Made by a program: the position numbers and the translations under genes
Shown: piece after piece, positions 38,686 through 52,270 of the stretch
How the letters are laid out: each line of letters begins with the position of its first letter
Numbering within the stretch: the first letter of the stretch is position 1
DNA from: Adineta vaga
Lineage: Eukaryota > Animalia > Rotifera
DNA length: 64,000 nucleotides
Reading direction: 5' to 3'
Assembly: GCA_021613535.1 (NCBI GenBank)
Contig: CP075493.1
Coordinates: 16,616,001 to 16,680,000 of the forward strand
The notes under the pieces: model-generated
The model's input: the letters and a program-made list of their open reading frames with translations, nothing else
What the model was told of the DNA's origin: nothing
The model's database searches: none

Positions 38686-41600
38686 TTAATCATGTTCGTG
38701 ATAAACGAATACGGGTGAAACATAAAGTAAATCATTTTCTTCTACAATGATACACATATAAATAGAACTGTTAACATTGACTACATCGTATTCTACAGTT
38801 TCTTTTTCTAAAACACAAAAAAGATTATCGATAGGTTCTGCCAAAAGAGCGTAATAAGGAGACGAGATAAAATGGTCGGAAAATCGTTTCTTGTTTTTAT
38901 GACGTTTAACGATAGCATATTGATCATTACCACAGGACATATACACTAACACAGCGCCAAATAATGAACCATACTTAATAAAATATGATATAGAAGATTG
39001 TCGTTTTTGATAAGCTAAAGAATGAAAACAACTTTTTTCTTGTCCATTAATCGACGATAAAATCTTGAACAATTTCTAATATTGAAACAACTACAAATTT
39101 TGCCATGGATATTTGGTAAAATCTTTGAAAATTGAGCAACAAAATTGTTCATTTTAAAATGAATCTTGTAGAAACTGACAATACCTCAATGCAAAGTCAA
39201 CCTAAAATTTGAATAAGTTCATCAGGCCTTGTTTCAGTACTTAAGTATCTAAATTTTATCTTCCATGACCAATACTTATGAAAACTGTTATTATTCAGAA
39301 ATTCCGTTAAATATTTACCAAGTATCATGGTATACTGTAAAGAAAACTATTTCAATGTAAAAACGTACGTTGAGATGAAAAACAATTTGTTCACCCCAAA
39401 ACCGTGATCCATGTTTGTATTTAGAAACGGCACCAATAATATCTTCTAGATGAAATGTATTGATATTGCATAAACTTCCGTGCCTTTTGTACATGTCAAT
39501 ATAATGCGAGTGGAGATGAAGAACAAAGTTGTTTTTGCTTGTATAATATGAATTATGATCATTATAAAATGTAGTTAGTAACACATTTGCTCTGTCAGCT
39601 GTTTCACGACCAAACGAACTAGGACCATGAAGCATCTAAAAGTGAATATTTCGTTTTATTATTTTTCTTCATGACGATGAGAAAATGTTTGATTTTATAG
39701 CTGTCTATATTTTGATCACTGATTCTTAGGACTTTATACATGAATGAGACAGAAAATCATCAGTTACACAAGGAATTATAGCTTTCTTTTTAACAAGAGG
39801 AAGTAAGAAATAGTAAGAAAGTATGCGAACAAACTGTTATTGTCTCTTTGTGCATTCTTTAGCTATCTTTGATGATGTATCAGTGAAAATGTATTTAATC
39901 ACGTAGAAATATCATGTTAGGGTAATTAACTCTTGCATATTTTCTTAAATGATTCTCTATATGAGCAAAACATTCCTTATTCAACTTGCTCGAATGCATA
40001 GATTATTGAGGAGGTATTAAATTGAATAATATTTGTTCGAAAATATGAAATAGTTTCATATGATTACTTACGCGTATGCCAATAACGAAGAGAGCTAGAT
40101 GAGCAAATTTGTCAGGATTCACTTTGCTTCGAAACATAGGTAAGGCACAGAAAAAAAGAAAATTTCGCATTTCGATAGCTCTAAAACATTCAATGAAGAA
40201 AGGATATTCTCAATCATAGATTTATACTTGTGATGTCCTTCACCAAATGATTTGATTTTCCGATTAAAATGATGAGGAAATTTTTGAGAATGCATCTGTT
40301 GATCTAATTGTTGTCGTTGCGCAGGTTTCATTCGTTTATAAAGGTATTTACATACCATTTTCCCTTCACCAAGCAGAGATACGTGCATATAATCAGTAAT
40401 TATTGATTTTGGTAAAGGAATATCAACTATATCTTGAAAAACAGATAAACCTAACCGGCCGAAAATTTTTTTTTCGATATTGTACAGCTTGTTTTGAGTG
40501 GTCAGTAAAACTTACTGAATCTCTCATGCTAATTGATTTATCGTAATTATATTGCACCTTATTATCGATGTAACTCCCTTCGATCATACAATACCAGCAG
40601 CAGTAATAACCACCATGTGAGTTATGGTTAAGTGCTAAACTGAGCGCTGGGCAATCACCAATCAAACCATATATCTTCAACATCATTCGTGCACCTGATT
40701 CAGTTGGAAATCCTGGAAAAATACACGTGATTAACCAAGATATGATAAATAAAGAAAAAAAGCAGTCTCATGATTTTTAAGAGTGGTTTGGAAGTCAAAA
40801 CGATAATGTTTAGAAATCAACGCCCATATTGAAAATAATCGAAAACATCTTAAATAAACAAGATCGACGTGCCATTTTATATTTTAAATCTCATACTCGC
40901 ACTAATACACAATGGATTAGATCTATGCTTAATAATAGTGAGCGATTGTTTCATTTGAAAGAACTGTATCTACTTAAAAGATTAATGTATACCTGCTGAT
41001 TTGATACGTTTGAGTTGTCGAAGAGTTTGAGTTAACCATAAATCCATAATTGGTTGTTGTTTACTTATCCATATAGACAATATTAAATTATTTCGTCTTT
41101 GATTTCGTACAGGTGGGGGAAGCTCATTTATTGAACAGGTTAGTAACCACATTGGTTGATTACTTGATTTACTTAAGCCAATACCATCAATATGTAAAAC
41201 TATACTAATAAATGGATAATCAATTGATTCAGAGAGAATTTTATAATTTTGATTATGTACTATATCATTGTTTTCATTGATAAATACATTTTGTGAGAAA
41301 ATATTCCGATAATCATCAATAATAGTGGATAAGCGGTCATATGTTTGAGTAAACACCCGTTCTTGAGAGACATCGAAATCTAAAGCTAAATGTTTAGACC
41401 CACTTTCTCCGCATATTGAACATATTTTAATTGTTTTCGGTAAATCTTTACCACATTTGATACACAATACTCTTTTTGTATATAAATCTTCAACTAAACA
41501 GAAAGAAAAAAGATATAGGAACTCGACGATGAAAACAGATTAAATTAGTAAATATAATGAGAATGAATCATCATATAAAAAGCATTCGACAGTGTTTTTA

Positions 41601-42560
41601 TTTCGGTCAGATTTATAGAATAGATATATGCAAGCATAAATTGTATATAAGCAGATAGACAGATAAACATCAATTTCTTAGAAAACAGAGTTTTCACTAG
41701 TGATGAAAAAAAAGCATTTTTTGTCTTTAATAATATTCGTTCTGTTATTTTTCTTTGTTCTTTTTTATTACAATTGAAACTGAACTTTTCTTAATTCGTT
41801 ACGATTCGATCAGATATCATTTAAAGAAGTGTTGCACCTAATACACAACAATTGATAAGAATTCTCATCAGCAACTCATTACCCATAACAGGCAGAAATT
41901 GTCATTTATACAGATTATTTCTTTAGCATAACGTAAGATCGAAGGTAGCTTTCAGATAATATGTTTATTAGCAGACAATGATAAGATTCATGACTATAGT
42001 CGTGTAGAATAACAGAAAACGATATTACCTGATAAGAAATCGAGTAAACCATAATAAGTGTTTGGTAAATTATGCGGCTGTGGAAAACTGTTGTTAAATA
42101 ATCGAGTTAATTCTTCTGCATGAATTTTAGACAAGTTAGCTTTTCGAATGAATTTAATCAAATCTTTGCAAAAACTAAACTTGTCAATTGACGTGTAGGG
42201 ATGAAGTTTTAACGACTGTTTCTTCAATTTGTCTCAATGAATAAGAGAATTATATCCATCATCTTCATGGGACGACAAATGTACACCCATACTTTCGCCT
42301 TGAACCAATGTTATCTCGGAAGAGACCATTTCTGGCGAACACAATCTGAAAGTTGATTTGACTGAGTTATTTTGTTCCATTAGATTTAAATGCGTCGAGT
42401 TCAGATTCTCCAGAATAAATGGATCAATATTTGCTGAATTATTTAACGGAATTCTTCTGTAAGGTTTCTCACGTGCACATAAACGTCTAACGTTGTTCAT
42501 ACGTAACCGATTCATTTTTTGCTGCTTAGCAAATTCGAGAGCGACATCGATTTCATCCAT
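38686..42560 (-). mobile_element. CACTA/EnSpm-like transposase gene, multi-exon, with a frameshift near 40465
   Basis: CxxC..CxxC, LHIDGIGL..S....WLL...NELPP..R, GDCPA....NH...GYY.C.YC, DYMH...LG, LHLHSHY....HGSL. Termini not located. Confidence 0.8.
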
Positions 42561-43574
42561 GGCTTAATATATCAATGATAAAATTTATTGAATCTTCTTC
42601 ACTGGAATCTGAAATAAAAAGATGCTAAATCACAACTTCTCTTCCAACTTTTTTCGATATAAAATTCCACACCCACCCTCGAATTCGAATGCCACGTCGA
42701 ATATAGTGATTTAAAATCCATTCCTTAAAATACCAATAATATAGTACCGGATAAAAGATGATTCTCGATAGATGTCAGATATCACCCACAGAGTTGAATG
42801 TTTTTGTAAATGGTTCTCTGTTCTAATAAAAACTAATATACTTCGTATTCATGCCTTCTGCAATTCGAGCATACCAATCACAAAACGCATAAACGCTACT
42901 GAACATCAAACTTCTAGCACCTAACTACGTCAGATATGCTTTAGCTCAATATTATTCCGAAAACTTCCGACAAAAAGATATACTTTGGACTCTTTTCCCC
43001 TAATTCAAAAATTGTTATGACAGTCACTTATAACCTTCGAAAAAAGGACATTCATATAAATTACCTTTATCCATTGTAAACCTTACTAATTTACATCCAT
43101 CTTTTCAAATATTAACTTTTTCCTCATATTAATAACTTTCCGACTATCCGTCACATATTTCAACTTTCTGTCCATATATATTACAATCAATCTCCATCAG
43201 ACCTCAAATGCTAGCTACGCTTGATCACCAATCATTCTTACATAGATTAAGCTACATGATATTACCCCACTCACCAATTCTTCCTTCATATGACCTCTAT
43301 ACGTGCTAACATACAAAGATAATATTTGATAGCATGAATAAAAAATCCTCTGTGGAAATGAACCGCATGGTCCAAACGTTCGTAGAAAATATCTTTGCGT
43401 TCGATTAAAAATCTGATTTTAATCCTCTCAAAAATCCGATTTTAATCCTCTCAGAAATCCTCCATGAAAACGATTCGCGCAGTGCAAAATGCTCCAAGAA
43501 AACAACTTGTAGGTTGGATTAAAAGTCCGATTCTGATTCTTTCAAAAATCCATAACATAATACGGCGAATGCAT

Positions 43575-43909
43575 GTTAGGTTGGAGACGAGAATGCAAAT
43601 CGGACTATAAACTGTTTTTCATGTAGAATGGCGCAATTAAAAAAAGGGATCGGAATGGTGCGGAAAATCGCGATTCCGAATTGTCGGAAAATCTGTTCGG
43701 GATCTGCTGGTTTCCTTTCGGTTTCCGATTTTTCGGCCATGGGCGGAAATTTTAGGTTTTTTTTCCGCATGATTACGATATTTTCCGTGAGGATATGATC
43801 GGAAACGAACGGATTTCGTCCGATGAATTCCGATCTGGAACACTGCTTCGATGAAATCCCTGGAAGGTGCTGGAACCGGTTGGTTCCGGGCCGGATTGTT
43901 CGACCTGGG
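43575..43909. mobile_element. CGGA/TCCG-rich CACTA-like MITE
   Basis: Ends in ttcgacctggg like the copies at 11429 and 47368. Confidence 0.55.
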
Positions 43910-44584
43910 AAAAATATCAAAAAATTTCTTCGAAATCGCAAAGTATTTCATCCGGATTTCCAAACATCCGACTAGATTATATACAAATTGAATGATCGGA
44001 CCACTAAAATGCAAAATATTTCTGCGGGATACAGTAACATTAGGCATAGACTCCACTGAAATCTATCTTAATTCCACTGTTATTGTTAGCTTCTTTCTCG
44101 AGCTGATGTTTATTCACGAAAAGATCTCTCCGTGTACATAAAAACAGTCGGTTATATACCGACTTAGAAGATAGATAGATAAAGAGAGATAGAGAGAAAG
44201 AGAAAGAGAAAGAGAACTACGATCCCTGAATGAATCAATCGAGGCCCGTACCGCTAACAGTTATCCTCCTGAATTATACTAGTAATCTATTAAATATCAT
44301 GATAATTGCGACTTGAAAGCTCAGATGACACCAGATTTCATCAAATTCCTGCATACAACCACTAAATAACACCTGGATTACATCCTATTTCGAAAAGATT
44401 ACAGTGGAATCACCTTGGATTACACCATATTCTTCAAATAAAGAACGTAACTAATCAATGCTTTCCACACGCATGATACTAATGAGTTAAGATTGCCGCC
44501 ATCTGTAACCTCATTCCTAGGTATTGATACAGGATTCCTCAGACAGTGTTGCTCTATATAGACAGAGAAGTAATTCTCCTTTCA

Positions 44585-44885
44585 GGCACCTGTAATGGGT
44601 ACTATGAATTACAAACCTCTGTAATCGGTAGCATGGATTACAGATATCTGTAACTAGTAGTTTGGATTACAGTTATCTGTAATTAGTAGTTTGGACTACA
44701 GGTTGCTGTAATCTGTAGTAGGGATTACAGCAATCCGTAATCCGATTACCTGTAACTTGGATTACAGGTAGGGCCCTCAAATGATTGAGGTGCCACGTCT
44801 ATATATATACCTAGGGGTGTAATCCAGATTACTGTAGTCCAATTACCGTAATCCAAATCTGGTTCACTGGAATACGTAATCTGAA
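44585..44885. repeat. GTAATC/GATTAC-rich subterminal repeat clusters (DNA transposon ends)
   Basis: Many tgtaatc/gattaca motifs in both orientations. Confidence 0.55.
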
Positions 44886-45070
44886 TGTTAGATACTGCGC
44901 TGAGAATGATAAAAGGACTGTTGTATATGTATTAATATGAATGGAATTTAAATTACGACAGGTGGAAATATATACCGAGCTGATTGAATAATGTCTAGGC
45001 TAGATGGGAGTTGAGAGTTGGACAGCAAGGGATAGTATATTCATAAAGAATGTAGCTTATGTAGGAGATT

Positions 45071-46052
45071 CAGAGGGAAAAGTACGGAATCATGGACTCC
45101 TGGATCCCCAAGAATTCTATTGGATTCGAGTGATTCCATAAGATTCCAAATGCTTCTAAACACTTCCAAATGATTCCAATTGATCCTTTAGAATTTCTAA
45201 GAATTCGTTATAAGTTCATAAGTTTTTTGTTCGACATGTTGCTAAAATTACTAAAGGTGGTGATTCGCATCGCCTTCCAACTTTCATATGGATATGTTAT
45301 CTTTAATTTTTTCATACTAATCACTAGTAGTAATGAATACATGTGTCGATGACTCGTTATTTATTTCTTGAGTTATAGTCAAGGAGTAAAGAGCGAAATT
45401 CTGGATTTCTGGAATTCTGTGAAATCCGATGAAATCAAGAATTGTGGAATTTTATAATTTCCATGAATTTCGGAAAGCATCATGAAGAATTCATGTGAAT
45501 CCATGAACCACAATGCCGTTCTCTCTCGTTACTTTATTGCCAATCCTCATTCTATTACCAAATGTAATTTTAGTGTACTCAAAGAGAGTACACTACTAGA
45601 ATCACTCAGTGTGTTCGGCTGTCCGTTTCCACGATAACTTGCGAAGAGAAAGTCATATTGTATTTAAATTCTCTATACAGTTTAGTCTCATTAATATCTC
45701 GATCGAGTTCGAAGATGAGCCTCATTGAAGAAGCTATTTCTCAGTTATTGCAAAAATACTAATGTTTCTCTTTGATTTCCCTATGTTTTCTAATACACTT
45801 TTTCCAATGCACATAGCCCTCGAATAAAATCCGAAGTTTTCACATTCATTAGATAAATATTCAAATTCAAACATCGCTCGTTTTCATTTTAACGTTCCTA
45901 AACTACATTTTTTGTACTCGCGCGTTTACTGATGTTAAACTAATATATATCAAAAGAAATAATCTGTAAATTGAAGATTCTGTTTGATTCTATTTGATTT
46001 CAGCAGTCCATGAGATTTCAAAGAATTCCGGATTCCGTACTTTTTCCCTTGG
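45071..46052. mobile_element. Non-autonomous DNA element with TIRs, containing a nested Helentron-like segment (about 45570-45722)
   Basis: agggaaaagtacggaatc / gattccgtactttttccct. Confidence 0.65.
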
Positions 46053-46874
46053 CTATTAAATGAGTAGTATGTAGGTTTTTTACAATTTGCATTAGAAAAA
46101 CGAAAACCAAGCTATATAAAAATTTACTATTTGATAATCTATATAGTTATCAATTATGTTTTCTGAAAGCAATGATCAATACACGATTTGATATAGTCAT
46201 GAAGTAGTTTTTACAAAAAAAGAGTTATCATAGAATCTTTGATTGTATCAAAATTTTATTAAATACACGATCACTGTTAGTTAGCAGAGGTAACTGATCA
46301 TATGAATTTCAATCGATCTTCTCCAATGAAAATTATTTTATGTTGGTCAAAAATTAATTGAAATGTTTAAAAACATTAAAATTTGATAAGAAGGATAAGA
46401 TAGCCTGAAAAATTCAAATTACTTACTGAAAACGTCAGAATTCCCAAAAATTGGAGATTCTATAAGATATACTAAAAACCTGTTGGTATCAATATTTAAT
46501 TATTAGTTTTATATCGATGATTTTGCCAAGATTCTTGATATTTTCTCATAATATCTAATATTTTTCAACTGATTTTAATCAGTCTTATAATTGTCTCGAA
46601 TTGTTATTCAGTCAATATCGATGTCTTTAGTGTAAATAATAAAAAATCTCGAATGTTTTCAATTGATTTTTCTTTCAGAAATCATTTTCTTGATTTTCTC
46701 TCTATGTGTTGATGAGCAGTAGTGTCATAAATTTAAAAAACAACTGATCATTACTCACGAACATTGTTTAGTATTGAAGCAATTATTTCCTCGATGTACA
46801 AATGACTATTTGTAAGCATCAACCTTTTCTGATTACTATATTGTTTGATATAATCAAAATCATGATGATTATTA

Positions 46875-47368
46875 GGCCCGATTTGCTTCACAAATTGTAT
46901 TCAGACGATTGTAAAACGAGATTATTGGATAATATTTCTTTCTCAGAAGTATAATCGTTATACTGAATAAGGCACGAAACTTTCCGGTTGTTTCCGACAT
47001 ATATATATGACTGTTTCCTGTCGGATGTGTCTTTGCGGACAGTAATGGAATCCGATGAGTTCCGATAGCAGTAACTAAACGGATTTCGGGTGAAGTCCAG
47101 CATGGTGTAAAACTGTATATTCTGATAATTTTTGGACATTGGATCATTTTGGATTCGATCTGAAACAGTCGGATCCTGGAATTGGATGTGGTCGGGTCCG
47201 ATTATATAGATTTTGTCAGAAATTACTGAATCCGATGGACGGAAATCAAAGGAATATAGCGGATCACATCGGATTCCGGTGAGATCTATCCGACCGAATC
47301 CGATCATCCGTATTACAACGTATTTGAAGGGTGTCCGACAGGATCCGATGGACACGTTTCGACCTGGG
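46875..47368. mobile_element. CGGA/TCCG-rich CACTA-like MITE
   Basis: Repeated atccga/tcggat motifs; ends ttcgacctggg. Confidence 0.55.
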
Positions 47369-49381
47369 TGAATCTGTATGAACAGTAGCTGTACAGTGCT
47401 TAGTTTTACAAATTCAATATAACTTTGATGATGTTTGTTTATCAAACTTGTAGATAAAGCCATTTTCAACCAATTGTCGATAATCTTTGTTGGAATTAAT
47501 AAAGGATATACCATTAGCGTTGCGAACCATTATTACAGATGAACAAGTAGACGAATAAATGGATGAAGAATCAAATGAAGAATATGATTGCAATGCCTAA
47601 AAACAGGCATTTATATATGACCGTCGAACAAAGCAGACGATTGTATTCTTTGTTACTTCGTATTCTGCCCTGGTTTGTTTATATTCTTGCTTTGTTCGAT
47701 ATTCTAGAATGTTCGTTCAGCTGCAGAAGATCTTATTGGAAGTAGCTATGAACTAATCGAAAAAGTCAGTCTGATTCGGTTCGAAACACAACGCAATGTG
47801 TATCAAAAGAAGTCATTTGATTGCGACATCTTCGAATTTTGGATATTTCACTCGATCGATACTTTCTATTCGATCAAAGTTTCTTCGATATTAGTTTTTC
47901 GATCTTTTTTCTTCGATGTTTTTTTTCGACGTTTTTTTCTTTCGGTCTTTTTTCGTTCGATGTTTTCACATCCATTCAAACACGCAAGCAAACACGCGAT
48001 TATATCAAACACAAGAATAACTATGCTCTCATCGCAAATATGTTGTAAAGAGCAAATAAAAAGAAAAAGAACACCATATACGTATATAAACGCGCATAAA
48101 TTGTATTCGCACCACATTTAACTCAGGTTATCTTCGTTAGATTTTTTTTATAGAAGTTGACTTTTATTTGAGTTTATATGAGATCATAGCTCGAAACTTA
48201 CTGCACCACTCAAGCTTTAATTCCATTCATATCAATTTATTATTCAATATTGCATACTTTCCAACGTTTTCTACTTGGGGACTACGTATACAAAGCTGGG
48301 TCAAACTAGAAATTAAGTCTTTTTTATGGTAATCGACAGAAAGCATCGAATGCAACGCAAAAAAAAACAACGAGAATTATCATTTAGCGACTATTTTTAG
48401 CCGATCTATAGCTGATACCAGTATCATGTAATTAACTGAGAAATTTCCAACTCTGAGGATAGCGGAACAGAGAATTTTTCTTTTTCGTTGAATATTTTTT
48501 CGATCCTGAGTGTCATCATATCCTCCGTTTAGATACGAATGACAAGAAGTGAAGTAGTATGGCAAGAAACAGAATATGTAAACTACGGCTTGTATGGCGA
48601 CACCAGCTTACTTTAGGACATACGAGTGTCTTATTGTCTCTTAGAAATAAACCAGTCCTTTACGCATCGGAAGATCTGCAGGTTTCTTCGCTTTTGGGGA
48701 TGCTCTCAATGCTTCTAAAGTTTCGCAACTTCAGAAAGTTTGCAGAGTCCACGGCTATTTTATAGTTGATATTCATGCAAAATTCGCATAAAGTTAACGA
48801 TTTAACTAAAAAACATGTTACCTTTTTATACATTTTCTCATGGATATTTTGGTTTAGCTTTTGAAGAGTTCAAAATTCAGAATATCTTTCCTAACTGGAA
48901 AATCGATACTTGATTTTTAAACTTTCTTGAATATAGTGTTTTCATAATATTTATTGAGTGTTGGATTCATATGGTCGTTCCTAAGATATTCTCTTCTATT
49001 GTCAATCATTCATTTTCTGTTTTACAGTGCATATGAAAGAACTTAGTATTTCTTTCAGTTCTGAGCGAATCCAGGAATGTTGACATTAAAAACAGAAAGA
49101 AATATACATACGAAACACGCACAAAGTCTCATTGGAAGTGAAGCAAATATCGGACATCTCGGTGATCACACGAGGAAAGGGCGAGTAGCACATTCTGATT
49201 TTCTAAAGTAGATTCTCAGACAAAATAAGTGAACACGTAGTAAGAATTATAATATGAACTAAAATACAAATAGTTTTTAGGATGTTTATAAAAATTATGT
49301 TAGGAAATCCAATAAATCTTATCTGAAGTTTTTTATAGATTTGTACGAATTATTTTCTAATTCATTGACGTCATAGATTCA

Positions 49382-51961
49382 ATGGATACTATAGACAGAC
49401 CAAATCTCGAAGATTTTACAATTATATGGCTTAGTGATAGTGCAAATTCAAATAACGTACAAAATGAACTTCGTGAAATAATCAATTATGTTAAAATATT
49501 TCATAATGTCGATCAATGCATTGAATATGTTTCAAAAGCAGTAGATGACAATATATTTATTGTTCTGTCTGTAAGTACACAATCTATCCTTGAAACAATA
49601 CATGATTTAAAACAAATTGAATTAATTTATATCTTTCCTGCTGAGACTATAAATAACTCTGAATATGAGAAATGGTCAAAAGTTGTTGGTATTTTTATTA
49701 ATAAAGAGACATTACTTCGAAAGTTAACCAAGGATATTGAATTACGTATGAAAAATTCTCTCATTTCAATAAGCATATTTAGCATCAACTCAACAATCGA
49801 AGAAAAGTCAACGCGTGAAAAATATGAAGCATCATTTCTGTGGTTTCAATTAGTATTGGAAGTCTTGCTTCATTTACCTCAAAATAATCGAGGTATGAGT
49901 GAAATGTTAAATGAATGTCGCCTACAATATGCAAATAATCAAAGTCAAATTGACAGTATTAATGATTTCGAAGCCAATTATAAAGCAGATAAAGCAATTT
50001 GGTGGTACACACGAGATTCATTTGTTTATAGAATAATAAATCGAGCACTTCGTACGCAAAATATTGATATAATTTTTAAATTTCGGTATTTCATTACAGA
50101 TCTGTATACACATTTATTAGAGTTACATAAAGAGTTTTTAGAATCGTTGCCACCCATAGAAAGCGATAATGATAAAGTGTATCTGGATGTTTATCGCGGA
50201 CAAGCTATTTCACCGGATGAACTAAACAATATAAGTAAAAGTATTGGAAAGTTAATTTCAATGAATACATTTCTATCGACAACAATGAATAAAGGTCTTG
50301 GCATGGTTTTTGCTGGTGTTGATCGTCCAATAAATGATCCGAAACGTTCAGTTTTATTTCATATGACAGTTGATACGAGTATACATACATTTCCATTTTA
50401 TATCATTCCAAATAGTGCAGAAGATGAAGTATTATTTTCAATGGGAATAATATTTAAGATTGATTCAATTGAACAAAATGGCAATATGTACATTGTCAAA
50501 TTAACGTTAAATAATGATGAAAACAAAGATATTGAACAATTTATTGAGTTTTTAAGGAAAGAAATCAATCACTCAGATACAACACTCGCAACACTGGGAA
50601 ATTTTCTCGTTTATTCAAATGAGTATGATAAAGCTGAGACATATTATCAAATATTATTAAATGAACTTCCATTAGATCATGAAGATATACCAACAATATA
50701 TAACAATATTGGTTTAGTTTATGATTTGAAAGGAAACCATACACATGCATTACAATATTATAATAAAAGTCTTGCTTTTCTAGACAACGTGACACAAGAT
50801 AAACAATCATCACTTGCATTACACTACAATAACCTTGCAGCAACTTATTTTGCTAAAAAGGATTACGATACAGCGATATTATACTATAATATGACTCTCA
50901 AAGTTCAAACAAATCTGGCTGATTTAGCTACTACATACAACAATTTAGGAACACTTTCACGTGAAATTGGTGATTTTGATTCAGCATTGAAAAGTTTTAC
51001 AGTGTCACTTGAAATGAGTTTAAAATGCCTTCCAATTTATCATCCAGACTTAGCAGCAACCTACGGTAATATTGCTACTGTTCAACTTCAAATGGAGAAT
51101 TATGAAGAAGCATTAATAAATTACAAAAAAGCGCTTGATATTGCTCTAATAAGCATAGCAAACGATAATTCATGCATTGCACTACTTCACAAGAATATTG
51201 CTTTAATTTATTACATTCAAAAGAATTATGATGAAGCATTAAATTACTTCCAGGAAGCTCTTAAGCTTGAACTTTCACATGAGTTTTTATCCCTCTCAGC
51301 TATTCATAGTGATATTGCGGAGATCTATCATAAAAAACATGAATACGATCTTGCACTACAAAGTTATAATGAATGTTTGAATATTCAACTAAATCATCTT
51401 CCCCCTCACCTCGAAGATCAAGCCACAACGTACAGAAATATTGCTTTAGTTTACAAATCAAAAAATGATCTAACACAAATTATAACTTATTACAATAAAT
51501 GTCTGGATATTTATAAAATGATACTTCCTTCTAATCATCCAGATTTATCATCTTTATATCATGATTTAGCAATGACTTATCACGAAGTCCGAAATTATGA
51601 AGCAGCAATCGTAGCTCTTAAGCATGAACAAGAATCTTTACCGCTCGGTGATTCACATATTCCGATGACATATGAAAATCTTGCAATCAATTATGATGAA
51701 ATAAGTAAAGATTATTATTTGAATGGAAATTATCAACAGGCAATAGATACATTAAAAAAAAGCCTACATATTCAATTACAACAAACACCTAATGATGATG
51801 AGTTAATTTTGTTAATAAGCAATGATATTGAATCAATTACAGCAGAAATGAAAAAAGACAGAACTAAACGTAGAACAGTATGGTCCTGTTTCTCTCTTCC
51901 TTTGTCCTGCTGCTCACCACGACGGACTAAAACAGTAAGACGAAACAGGAAACAAAAATAA
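49382..51961 (+). CDS. ADP-ribosyltransferase (R-S-E clade) + TPR protein, 859 aa, single coding exon
   Basis: AIWWYTRDSF, NRALR, VYRGQ, FLSTT, AEDEVLF, followed by about 10 TPRs (YNNIG..Y...G.Y..AL..Y.K.L). Confidence 0.92.
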   Translation: MDTIDRPNLEDFTIIWLSDSANSNNVQNELREIINYVKIFHNVDQCIEYVSKAVDDNIFIVLSVSTQSILETIHDLKQIELIYIFPAETINNSEYEKWSKVVGIFINKETLLRKLTKDIELRMKNSLISISIFSINSTIEEKSTREKYEASFLWFQLVLEVLLHLPQNNRGMSEMLNECRLQYANNQSQIDSINDFEANYKADKAIWWYTRDSFVYRIINRALRTQNIDIIFKFRYFITDLYTHLLELHKEFLESLPPIESDNDKVYLDVYRGQAISPDELNNISKSIGKLISMNTFLSTTMNKGLGMVFAGVDRPINDPKRSVLFHMTVDTSIHTFPFYIIPNSAEDEVLFSMGIIFKIDSIEQNGNMYIVKLTLNNDENKDIEQFIEFLRKEINHSDTTLATLGNFLVYSNEYDKAETYYQILLNELPLDHEDIPTIYNNIGLVYDLKGNHTHALQYYNKSLAFLDNVTQDKQSSLALHYNNLAATYFAKKDYDTAILYYNMTLKVQTNLADLATTYNNLGTLSREIGDFDSALKSFTVSLEMSLKCLPIYHPDLAATYGNIATVQLQMENYEEALINYKKALDIALISIANDNSCIALLHKNIALIYYIQKNYDEALNYFQEALKLELSHEFLSLSAIHSDIAEIYHKKHEYDLALQSYNECLNIQLNHLPPHLEDQATTYRNIALVYKSKNDLTQIITYYNKCLDIYKMILPSNHPDLSSLYHDLAMTYHEVRNYEAAIVALKHEQESLPLGDSHIPMTYENLAINYDEISKDYYLNGNYQQAIDTLKKSLHIQLQQTPNDDELILLISNDIESITAEMKKDRTKRRTVWSCFSLPLSCCSPRRTKTVRRNRKQK

Positions 51962-52090
51962 AAGCTTTCCTATGATCATCTTAAGAGACGGTCCATGAGA
52001 TAATCGAGCATTACGTATAGAGGCTATACTCTCGAAATTTTTTACCCCCCCCCTCCCTTTTTTATGATCTTAAATGCAAGAGCATCACTC

Positions 52091-52270
52091 AAAGGGTGTG
52101 GTGTGGGTGTGGGTGAGGGTGAGGGTGTGAGTGTGGGTGGGTGGCTGGGTATGTGTGTGAGGGTGTGGGTGTGGGTGATAGACAGATGTATTACTCACAC
52201 CCTCACCCACCCACACCCACACCCACCCACACCCACACCCACACCCACCCACACCCACACCCACACCCTC
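52091..52270. repeat. Long telomere-repeat hairpin: (TGTGGG/TGAGGG)n - GATAGACAGATGTATT - (CCCACA)n
   Basis: Arms of about 80 bp in inverted orientation, seen directly. Confidence 0.88.

Noticed and set aside
43576-48121. ORFs of 90-208 aa at 43576-44056, 46872-47514 and 47798-48121
   Set aside because: They overlap repeat-rich MITE or low-complexity sequence and show no recognisable motifs.
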